Source: Hypanus sabinus
Taxonomy: Eukaryota
Direction of reading: 5' to 3'
DNA: 64,000 nucleotides
NCBI RefSeq assembly: GCF_030144855.1
Contig: NC_082731.1
Span: 29,884,001 to 29,948,000 of the forward strand
Shown: positions 24,506 to 35,600 of the stretch, piece after piece
How the letters are laid out: every line of letters begins with the position of its first letter
How positions within the stretch are numbered: the stretch's first letter is position 1
Notes under the pieces: model-generated
The model's database searches: none
Seen by the model: the letters and a program-made list of their open reading frames with translations, nothing else
What the model was told of the DNA's origin: nothing
Translations under genes and position numbers: made by a program

Positions 24506-25559
24506 GTTTCATGAAGTTTCACCCAGGTTACTGCAGGCATGAAAACCTATGCTTTAACTTGGACAAAAAGCAATCTGTACTTTCCTCTTACCCAGTCCCA
24601 TGAAATTCTCCCAGCAGGAACACAGTCTCCTTGATGCTGGAATGTACTGGATTCAACTTTCGGGCTCTTTCCTGTGGAAACAGGGACACATTTTTAACCT
24701 CATTAGTAATACATGAATGGTTTAGATGCTCAAATTCACCCTGTCATGAGGGTCATGAGAAGGTTGAAGGGTAAAGCATATTTCCACCTCACAGATAATA
24801 AAATTACCTGATAGGGTGGAGGAGAACAGTGGTTCAGTCTTCAGGGGGATTAAAACTATTGTAAATATTCACTAATCATCCAGTTTGGATTATTTATCCA
24901 GAGAGTGGGGAGAATGTGGATCTGTCCCACAGAAGTAAATGTGGGGAAAGGGAACAGAAGGAAAAGTTAACCCAGTTGGACAAAGATGGAGTGACTGGAG
25001 GTTCATGCAGAAAATAAACAATGGCATGAAATAATTGGTCTGAATCTGCTCCTGCGCTGTACGTTTCATTTAAATCTGTGTAGTACCAGAGTCACGGGAG
25101 AGAAACAAAATCTATTCGGCTTCCTTTCCTTCACCATGTTCCTCTCCCACTCTCTTTATCTCTTCCTCGGACTTGCACTCTCCTGTTCCCCCCACACTCT
25201 GCATATCCACATCATTTCCCCCTCATTTCCTCTTTGTCACCCCTCTCATCACTCCCTCTCTATATCATTCTCTCCCACCATGTTATTATCCTCTTCTGTC
25301 TTCACTCTCTCTCTATGTTCCTCTCTCTTTACTTTCCCTTCACTTTTCTGTTCATCACCCAATCCCAAACTCTTTCTCAGGAACTGTTGTTTCCCAGTGA
25401 CAGCAGTTGGGCCTGGTCCAGTCACCTACAGTCAGGTATATCAGATCGTCAGACTCAACTAGTTTCTGCCTTCACTCCCATCAGTATCAGAAGCAGGTTT
25501 AATATCACTGACATTTGTTGTGTTGTGGCAGCAGTACAGTGTAACACATAAACATCATA

Positions 25560-26340
25560 AATTACAATAAGATGCATGTTTATATAACTCATGCAAATCC
25601 AGAGCAAAAGTAGGAGCTAGTGTTCATAAGTTGCTTCATTGTTCGGAAATCTGATGGCAGAGGGGAAGAAGCTGTTCCTGAAATGTTGAGTGTGTGTCTC
25701 CAGGCTCCTGTACCGCCTCTCTGAAGGTAGTAATAAGAAGAGAACATGTCCTGTGTGATGTGGCTTTTTGAGACATTGCCTTTTGAAGATGTCCTCAATG
25801 CTGGGGAAGATGGTGCCCGTGATGGAGCTGGCTGAGTTTGCAACTCTGCAGCTTTTTCTGATCCTGTGCAGTGGCCTGTCTGTACCAGACGGTGATGCAA
25901 CCACATCGAATGCTCTCCATGGTACATCTGTAGAAATTTGCTAGAGTATTTGGTGAAACACCAAATCATCTCAAACTCCCGATGAAATTTAATCTCTAAT
26001 GTTCTTTCCTTGTTATTTCATCAATGAGTTGGACCCAGGATAGATCTTCAGCGATGTTGACAGCCAGGTATTTGAAACTGCTCACCCCTTCCACTGCTGA
26101 TCCCTTAATGATACCTGGTGTGTGTCTCCCCCCCCCCCCATGTTCCCCTCCCGAAGGCCACAATCAATTCATTATTCTGACATTGAATGAAGGTCATTAT
26201 TCTGACACCACTCAACCAGCCAGTCTATCTCACTTCTGTACACCTCCTCATCACCATCTGAGATTCTGCCAACAACAGACAAATGTGAAGATGGCATTTG
26301 AGCTGTGCCCAGCCACAGAGTCATGGGTGTAGAGAGAGTA
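25560..26340 (-). mobile_element. Rex1/Babar-type LINE 3' fragment
   Basis: CITVWY...RVANSASSITG...LLPSERRYRSL..HTQHFRNSFFPSAIR. Confidence 0.8.
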
Positions 26341-27539
26341 GAGTGGAGCATGTCCCATATCTCAATTCAGAATGGGACAACGAGGCAGTGGGAGCTGGAA
26401 CGGATTAGCCAGCTGTGAGATTATTAATTTACAGCTGTAATTCCAGAAAGTTTTAAACAGCCTGTAATGAATACAAGCCAGTGGTAGGTCAAGGCAGGTA
26501 CACATGAGAATACTCAGGTGTGGTGAGAAACATAAGGGGGTAAACTGCCCACAGTCACAGAGGTTGTTGTCTGGTGAGCTCCTGTTTCAAGAGAGGTCTT
26601 GTTTCTGCTGTGTCAGCTGACTGACGCAGATTCCATAAGGGAATAAACAATCCCAGTGGAAAGAGGGAATGTGGAAGGTTTACTTTGGATGAGAGACCAC
26701 TGGCAGGTTTGGGTTCTAATTAATCCTGATGATGAATTTAAGTTTAGGGTCTCAATGTGCTGCAGTTAATGGGGAAAACAGGGATACAGAGGGGTGGATA
26801 TTACACTGCCATGGAGTAGAGATCGAATTAGACCACATCTGGAGCACTGGCTGTGATTCTTGGCATCACCCCTCAGGAAGGGTGTGTCTTCCTTGGAGAG
26901 GGGTTGTGTGGATGAGGCACAGTGAAGTGCTACTGGAACTGGGAAAAAATATTAGGTCTGGTCTCTTGTTCCCTGAAATGTGGAAAATTGAAGGCCAGTG
27001 TAATTAAGGAGTTTAAAAACATTCCAGAATGGCACAGAAGAATAACACAAAGAATCTGTTATCTGTCAGGATATACAGGTCAGTGGAAATCGGGAAGTCT
27101 CCCTGTAAAGTGGTCAAGACTTGGGGGGAGGGGTGGGAAGTGTCAGTTGAAACTTCAAAATTAATAGAATTTTGTTTGAGTTCAATTATTCAAATATGTG
27201 GAGCCAAGGTTGGTAAATGGAGCTCGGACACATATCAGCTGAAGAGGGAATAGACTGGAGGGCTGAACAACCTCCTTCTGACACACAGTGCACGGGATAA
27301 ATCTGAACAGAATCTCTGTGTGCAGCTGTTGATTTACCAGAAACACATTTCATATTTTCATTCTTGACAGGTGGGTGAAACTGGGCAGTGATATCGGGGA
27401 AATTTCCTTCTCAGCTTCCTGTTGGAGATGTGGCTTGACTTAATCTGAAAAGGGAATCTTCAAGAGGAAATAGGCTTACTAAAAAGAAAAAGTTCGCTGC
27501 TCAAGGCATAGAAATACTTTTTTGATTCAGGGACCAATA

Positions 27540-28300
27540 CCATAGAACCCTAGAACACTATAGCACAGTACAGGCCCTTTAGCCCTCCATGTGGTGCCCA
27601 CCCATATAATCCTTAAAAAAAGTACCAAACCCACACTACCCCATAACCCTCCATTTTTCTTTCATCCATGTGTCTGTCCAAGAGTTTCTTACATACCCCC
27701 TTATGTTTTAGCCTCCACCACCATCCCTGGCAAATCATTCCAGGCACTCACAACCCTCTGTGTAAAAAATCTCCCCTGATATCTCCCCTAAACTTCCCTC
27801 CCTTAATTTTGTACATATGCCCTCTGGTGTTTGTTCTTGGTGCCCTGGGAAACAGGTACTGACTATCCACCCTATCTATGCCTCTCATAATCTTGTAGAC
27901 CACTATCAAGTCCCCTCTCATTCTTCTACACTCCAAAGAGAAAAGTCCCAGTTCTGCTAACCTTGCTTCATGTGACTTGTTCTCCAAACCAGGCAACATC
28001 CTGGTAAATCTCCTCTGCACCCTCTCCATAGCTTCCACATCCTTCCTATAATGAGGTGACCAGAATTGAACACAATACTCTAAGTGCGGTCTCACCAGAG
28101 ATTTGTGGAGTTGCAACATGACCTCTCTACTCTTGAACTCAATCCCCCCGTTAATGAAGCCTAGCATCCCATAGGCCTTAACTACCCTATCAACCTGTGC
28201 AGCGACCTTGAGGGATGTATGGATTTGAACCCCAAGGCCCCTTTGTTCATCCACACTCTTAAGTAACTGACAATTAATCCTGTACTCAGTCTTCTGGTTT
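27540..28300 (-). mobile_element. CR1 3' fragment (RT C-terminus + 3' UTR)
   Basis: EQRGLGVQIH..VRPHLEYCVQFWSPHYRKD..RGDLIVVYKIM. Confidence 0.92.
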
Positions 28301-28374
28301 GCAGAAGTTTACTGGTATTAATGGTTTAATACCATTAAACAATTCTTGTATTACTGAAAATATATTTCTTATAT

Positions 28375-28700
28375 TACTATAGATGTACAGTGGAGAGTAT
28401 TCTGACAGGTTGCATCACTGTCTGGTATGGGGGGGAGGGGGAGGGCTACTGAAAGAAGCTGCAGAGGGTTGCAAATTTAGTTGGCTTCATCTTGGGTACG
28501 AGCCTACAAAGTACCCAGGGCCACTTCAAGGAGCAGTGCCTCAGAAAGGCAGCATCCATTATTAAGGACCTCCAGCACCCAGAGCATGCCCTTTTTTCAC
28601 TGTTACCATCAGGTAAGAGGTAGAGAAGCCTGAAGGCACACACCCAGCAATTCAGAAACAGTTTCTTCCCCTCTGCCATCTGATTCCTAAATGGACAATG
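28375..28700 (+). mobile_element. Rex1/Babar-type LINE 3' fragment
   Basis: YRCTVESILTGCITVWYG ... FRNSFFPSAI. Confidence 0.75.
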
Positions 28701-28759
28701 AACCCTTGGACACTCTTTCACTTTTTAAAATATATTATTTGTTTTTTGCATGATTTTAA

Positions 28760-31575
28760 TCTATTCAATATGGCTCTCCCCATGGATGCTATCAAAAGCC
28801 TTTTCAAAGTCCATGAAATTTATGTACAGTTGTCTCTGCCACTCTGTGCACTGCTCTATGATGTTATGCAGCATGAAGATCCGGTTGACAGAGTCTCTAT
28901 TCCAACTTGTTCCTTCAAGCAAACATCTACAGCATCTGTAATCCTTTGGACAATGACTTTGGTGAGACAGAAGTGTGATGCCACACCAGTTCTTGCAATC
29001 ACTTGGTACTCGTTTCTTGGGGATCCTAACTCCCTTTGTCCTTGGGCACTTGTCCTCGTTCCAAGATTATAGTAAACAGTGGATGCAGGATGCAGTTCTG
29101 GAGCTTTACTGTTTCTTAATGTATTAATCACAGTAACAATCTCTTCTTTCTTGGCTGGATCTGTGTTGATGTTGAGGTCCTCTGTGACTATTCAGTAAAT
29201 CTCTGAAACACCCTGTCCATTGTGCTTTGTGCTCTTGTCAAAAGCAGACCGTTCTTACCTCTGATGGGGCTACTGGATCTGACTTGGAACTTTCTGCATA
29301 CTAATTTTGAAACCTTCTTTCTTTCTTTTCCAATCTTTTTGGGATTAAGAAATTACAATGAGCATTACAATGGGATAAACAAGCAATAAGTATAATACAG
29401 TTAAGTCTTCCCCAATCATGCATGATACAAATATCATAAAGATGAGACCAAAAAAAAGGTATGGCAATATAAAAATTTAAAAAAAGGAAATCTTGTCTAT
29501 GTTTTCCTGATCACGTTAACTGGCACTGCTGTGGCCACCACTGCAAGGTCTTCCATGTAGACCCTCTTATCCATCCTTCGCTCTTCACTTTTTTGCTAGC
29601 TTCAGTGAATGCCAGTGGAAGTTTCACCTTAATTCGTGTTGACTCTGCATTGAACATTTTCTTCCTAATTTTCCATCTTTCCTCTAAGGCTGTCCATGTT
29701 TCCTGCTGTATCCATTCTTTGTTTTTCTTTCCAGCTCTGTAATGTAGACAAGCCCTGCTGCTCTCCATGAACACTGACACAATCTGTTTCCACATAGTGT
29801 TGATCTTGTTCACTGACACATCCTCGCCAAAGCCTGAAATCTGTTCTTAAGTTTAATGGTGACAGCAGATCTCACACTGGTGTCCTTGAGCTTCTCAACA
29901 TCAAAACGTCTTTGTACATGTGCTGTGGTCCCAGTGCTTCTCAACTTGAGTTTCATCACTGCTACAGCAAGGTGGTGATTACTTCCTGTATCTGCTCCTC
30001 TCTTCACCTTTACACCCGGCAAGGGTTGTCTCCATGTACCATTGATCATCAAATGGTTAATCTGGATCTTGTCACTTCTACTGGGTGAGCAACATGTCAG
30101 TGTGTGGATTCCATGGTGTGGAAACAGGGTCCCTCCTGTGACCAGACTGTTCATGGCACAGAATTCCACCCGTCTTTCACCGTTGTTATTCATTGGTCCA
30201 CACCCTTGCATGCACATGACCTGAGTGAAGTCCGAGTTGTTATTTCCCACTTTGCCATTTAGATCTCCCATGATGATGATTATGTCATGGCATGGTGTTA
30301 ACTCTACCTCTGCTGTCTGTAGATGTCCTTTTCTTCAATGTCACTACTGTTACTTGGAGCATAGCACTGGATCACAGTCATGTTCACTCGCTTCACTCTC
30401 AGCCTGACTCTCACCAGCCGACTGTTGATTGGTTTTCACTCCAGCGGGCACTTCTCAACGACTTTCTTCAAAATGACAGCTGCACCATCAAGACGCTGAC
30501 ATCTTCCCTTCCTGAATATAAAACTCTTTCACCAGTTGCTGCCTTTAGTCTGCCAGACCGTGTGCATCTACTTTCACTAACCCCATTGTGTGTTGGCTGT
30601 AATGACACATTACTGTGGTTATCTGTGTGAGCTTGCCAGTGCTGTACATGGTTCGACAATTCCAAAAAAACATTTTTTCTCTTTGTCTTGGTGAAGTTCA
30701 TGGCTCCCTTCACTATGCCAGTAGCTTCCTGTCAGTTTTCACTACTGTCAGACATGCAAGTCCCAGGTGGTGACCAGGGAATATCATCACACTCAGATGT
30801 AGAAGGATTCTTCATTGCTGTGTCTGTAACTGTGAAGAGAGTACAGAAACACAGCATAATGAGCAACCAGCAGAAAGATCGGTGCAAAAAGCTTGTCATG
30901 ACGGCGCCCCGATGACTCCGCCGGGTGTTAAGGGCATTCTTCTTCTCTTCTACTGAGCACAAAATAAACACCAGACGATATCATAAGTAAGGTTACAAAT
31001 CATCACCCAACATCAGTTCAGATGTTCTTTAAACACTCAATTCTTCGGGCCCATCCCCATTTAGCAGGATCATCCTGAATCTTAAAGGGGCTGCAACCAG
31101 CTATCCGTACTCCGGAGAGTTAGAGAGCCTAAATCCTGGAAGCTGGCATGGTTGGGAACGTCTCATAACAATAACAGTTTTTCTTTTTGCCTGGTCAGGT
31201 TCACTAACCCTGAAACTCTGAACATGGTGGAATGGTGGACCACTCTTTGTCTGACCTCTACCCTTTGACCTGTTTGGCATGGGTGTCCCTACCTTGAGCT
31301 AAAGCACAAGGCAACATAAAACACAAACCAACACAGATCTCTGGGTCACTGAGGCACTCAAGCCTCCAAACCCTACAGCAAGGTTGTGGTCCTCTTGGAT
31401 GGGAAATATAATGATTCACCATTTTGATTGCTGTCATGGTGGGGTTGTGGGGTTGTTGTGTCAGGTGGACATAAAAGTTTTGGAAAGTTCTCCACCATCT
31501 GTCCCAATGTTGATCCCTCAACCAGCACCTCAGAATGTCTGATCTCCTTATACTTCAATGCTGTGTCTCTACGGA
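28760..31575 (-). mobile_element. RTE-clade LINE, degraded with deletions
   Basis: GDLNGKVG..NNNGERRVEFCAMNSLVTGGTLFPH..INHLMIN..GADTGSNHHL endonuclease; FMDFEKAFDSIH RT start near 28790; upstream boundary approximate. Confidence 0.85.
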
Positions 31576-31580
31576 GAACA

Positions 31581-32256
31581 TCTGCCCACTGACTCGTGTC
31601 TCTCAGGGGTATCTGTCCACCAACTGGTATCTCTGGGTGATATCTGTCCATTGACAAGTGTCTCTCAGTCCCTGTCTCTCAGGGGGATATCTGTCCACTG
31701 ACTGGTGTCTCTCAGGGGGATATCTGTCCACTGACTGGTCTCTCTCATTCCCTGTCTCTCAGGGGGATATCTGTCCACTGACTGGTCTCTCAGTCCCTAT
31801 CTCTCAGAGGGATATCTGTCCACTGACTGGTGTCTCTCAGTCCCTGTCTCTTAGAGGGATATCTGTCCACTGACTGGTGTCTCTCAGTCCCTGTCTCTCG
31901 GGGATATCTGTCCACTGACTGGTGTCTCTCAGTCCCTGTCTCTCAGGGGGATATCTGTCCACTGACTGGTGTCTCTCAGTCCCTGTCTCTCAGGGGGATA
32001 TCTGTCCACTGACTGGTGTCTCTCAGTCCCTGTCTCTCAGGGGGATATCTGTCCACTGATTGGTGTCTCTCAGTCCCTGTCTCTCAGGGGGGTATCTGTC
32101 CACTGACTGGTGTCTCACAGTCTGTGTCTCTCAGGGGGATATCTGTCCACTGACTGGTGTCTCACAGTCTGTGTCTCTCAGGGGGATATCTGTCCACTGA
32201 CTGGTGTCTCTCAGCCTGTGTCTCAGGGGGGTATCTGTCCACTGACTGGTGTCTCT
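31581..32256. repeat. 47-bp minisatellite (ACTGACTGGTGTCTCTCAGTCCCTGTCTCTCAGGGGGATATCTGTCC)n, ~14 units
   Basis: Seen directly; ends ~350 bp upstream of the leader ATG. Confidence 0.96.
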
Positions 32257-32516
32257 GATTCTCTCTCGCTGGGATTCTGTGTGTTTCAGTTTACACAAAC
32301 TGTTCATCGTTGAAATTAATCAATCGAGCAGAGTGTGACAGATCTTTAATCCGGATCTGGTCACTGCTGCTGACCTGCCGCCTGTTGAAGAGACAAACAC
32401 CTTTTGGGGAATTGAAATCGCTGCTGTGGGCAGGGACAGGAAGCTGCGCCTCTGGTTTCAGTGTGTGAGAGCCTGTTCAAACCGCGGCTCCCTCTCTCAC
32501 TCACAGCCCACGTCCC

Positions 32517-32530
32517 TATTTAATCAGCTG
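32517..32530 (+). promoter_or_regulatory. Putative VH promoter core: TATA-like TATTTAA plus E-box CAGCTG
   Basis: TATTTAA at 32517-32523 and CAGCTG at 32525-32530, about 80 nt upstream of the leader ATG; position only, no functional evidence. Confidence 0.45.
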
Positions 32531-32606
32531 CGGCTCCGGACAAAGCCGGCCTGAGCTGAAGCCGCCGATCTCAACAGTGTCCAAGTCCGGCTCAGTGTTC
32601 AGGGCG

Positions 32607-32652
32607 ATGGGGGTCGTTCCGTATCTCTGTCTCCTCCTGTCTTGTCTGGCAG
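32607..32652 (+). CDS. IgW: IgH leader exon ([16 protein letters not shown])
   Basis: ATG at 32607, hydrophobic signal peptide, phase-1 donor G|GTGGGT at 32653, 109-nt intron ending TTGACAG at 32761. Confidence 0.92.
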
Positions 32653-35600
32653 GTGGGTGTCCCGCGGCTTGTCGCCCACCCGCGACCGGCTGTTTCTCGG
32701 AGGCTTTGTGAACCTCTGCCCGTGGAACATTTTATTAATTTCTGCTCTTTTTTATTGACAGGCGTGCGGTCCGACATCGTGCTGACACAGCCCGAGTCAG
32801 CGGTGGTAAAGCCCGGACAGTCTCACACACTGACCTGTGCGGTCAGTGGGTTCAGCCTCAGCTACTATAGCATGCACTGGGTGAAACAGGTCCCCGGGAA
32901 AGGGCTGGAGTGGCTGGCGTATATATCGAGTGGTGGTAACAAGTATTACGTGCCTGGAGTCCAGAGCCGGTTCACCATTTCCAAGGGCCACAGCACCGTC
33001 TATCTGCAAATGACCAGCCTGAGACTGGACGACACGGCCACCTATTACTGTGCGAGAGACACAGTGAGAGAGACCGGGACTGGACCGGGACAAAAACCCA
33101 GCGAGAGCGCCTGCCCTTCGGGCGCCGAGGGAAAGGGCAGCAGTGATCGCCACAGCCGTATCCCGGTCGTTCTGGGCCACATCCGCTCGTCCACGCAATG
33201 GAAGGCGGGTTGTCAGCGGGGATTCCCGAGAAGAGATGCTGGATGGATGGGCCGAGGGGCCGGCCGGCTCTGGGATCCACTGGATTTCGGGCTGGATGTG
33301 ATGAAGGCGGTTTGTGACCTGTGGTGAAGCACTGTGACTACGGAGCATGGTGACGGGGAGCTGAACAGAAACTGGTCCCGACAAAGGAGCGTCTGCAGCG
33401 CAGTCTGTCTCCACGGATTCCGCATTGCTGTTTCCCAGAGTCAAATCCCTGAAGCCCGATTCGGACTGCTGGGTGTAAATGTCCACTTGTGGACAATTAA
33501 AAGCCCAAAAAGGATTCGACTCTGATTCTGGGTGATGGCGATAGCCGGTGTCCACAGACAGGAAAACTGTGGAAATGCCTCTTTTAATCACAAGCCATGA
33601 AGAGACAAGGAGGGAGTTTGGGATGGAAATCCAGGAAGCGGCTGCTCCCGGTCCGGACAGGGATCATGTTGACATTTTGCTGAGATTATTGGATGTGACG
33701 GGCAAGTGAAGTTACTGCACTGGGTGAATGGGGAGACGGGGCACTGTGACTATCTTGGCTACTGTGGCGGAGGAACCTCGCTGACAGTGACTTCAGGTAA
33801 GACCAACTTCTCAATTGTATCTTCACGCAATAGTACTTTATTTATTTACGGTTTTGGCGAACTTTGTGATTCACCTGATATCTGTGAGATATTTAGAGCG
33901 AGTACATGAATCTCCCCGAACCGGCGGGTTTCTCTAGAGCCCAGTAACAGTACAAGGGTACATACCCCACCCCACCAGTGAACTGTCCACAGACCGGGAA
34001 CAGGCTCAGGGGAATGGGGTCGGATCTTGTCACCAGACTGTGCCTTGACACCGGCTGGTTGTGCTGAGTGAACTCAGTGTTTGGTTCAAGTCTGGCTTCT
34101 GATCCTCAGCACCAACTGAAGCCACGTTCAGGGGCTGAGCGTTTCAGTGCAGTTGAACTCGTTCCCTGTCAGTGACAACAATGGATCTGTTCAGTGTCAA
34201 GTTATTGGGATCGGGTTTTACTGTTGGCTGCTTTCATGTTGAAGGTAATGGGATTGAGACAGAATCTGAGGGAATGGTTACACATGTATGATCTGGTTGA
34301 TAGCTCAATATTCCCAGGGTACAGGTGGGTGTCAGTCCCATCATGGAATGTCCGGCCTGAGGTCCGTCCCGGGATACAGCAAAAGTATCGGCGATATCCC
34401 AGGATTAATTGATGGGATAAAGGTTTTAGTTTTATTCCCTGATGGGCGAGGAGGCTGGGTATGGTGGGGAAGAATTTTGGAGTGAGAAGGCAGTGGGGAA
34501 GTGGTGCAGGAAAGGTAAGGCAGGAAATTGAAATCACAATTCCTTCACACATTCCGGGCAGCCTTGCATTGGTGGGCGGGGGAGGGGGGAGTGGTGCAGG
34601 TGGGGTGGGGAGGGAAGCGTTCAAGTCAATAATGTGTAGTAGGCGAGCATTTAAGGGAAGGTTTGTTGATGAATGTTTGTGATCTGAAACACACCGCCTG
34701 AATGATGGTGGTGGCCAATAGTGAGTGTAGAGAGGGACCAGGAGATCCGCCTTTTGTAGAGATACAGGGAAGAGCAGAGAGACCAATGGGTTTATTGGGT
34801 TTGCTCAGCTAAAGGGAAGCACAGACACTATCGGATGAATGGCCTCACTCTCTGCTCTGTCATTCAATGGAATCAGTATTTATCTTGTAAATCTGGGAAA
34901 TTCTTCCTCAAAGGGATTCCAACAATCACCCAAGGGTTCACAGAGCATGAGTTAAATGCAGATTACAGCTCCCATGTCCTGTCCTGGCAGCCACGGATTA
35001 AATAGAAAGATCCTTCTGCACTGTCTCATCCTTCCCAGGGCGGAGGCAGCAGAGGTTAGACACAGAGTGAAGCTTCCCCCAACTTGTCCCATCACACGCT
35101 CACGGGACACGAGTTGAAATTTACTGTTCAAATGGACGGCTTATTCTCATTTCACAGACAGAGTTCTGGAGACAACCTATCCACTGGTGTCTTTTATGAA
35201 CCCACTGACTCTCACATCTACCTGAACTAAAACTCTTCCTACCCTGTTTCTTATAAAAATATCATCCCCTCCTCTCAATTCCTCCGTCTCCACTGCATCT
35301 GTTCTCAGGATGAGGCTTTTCATTCTAGAACTGAGGAAATGTCCTCCTTCAATGAAAGGGGCTTCCCTTCTTCCACCAGCAACACTGCCCTCAACCACAC
35401 CTCTTCTATTTCACACATGTTTGCTCTCACTCCATCCTCCCTCCACCCTACCAGAGATAAGGTTCCTCTTGTCTTCACCTATCACTCTACCAGCCTCCCT
35501 GTCCAGCAGAAAATTCTCTGTAACTTCTGCATCTCCAATGGGATCCCAACACCAAGAACACCTTTCCCTCTACACCGCCACCCTCAACACTCTGCTTTCT

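Noticed and set aside
32653-33327. 224-aa ORF as a single-exon gene
   Set aside because: It starts at the GT of the leader intron and runs through the V exon, RSS and V-D spacer; only 32762-33059 is coding.
32797-33591. 264-aa antisense ORF over V-D
   Set aside because: GC-rich region with few stops, no recognisable motif; shadow of the V gene.
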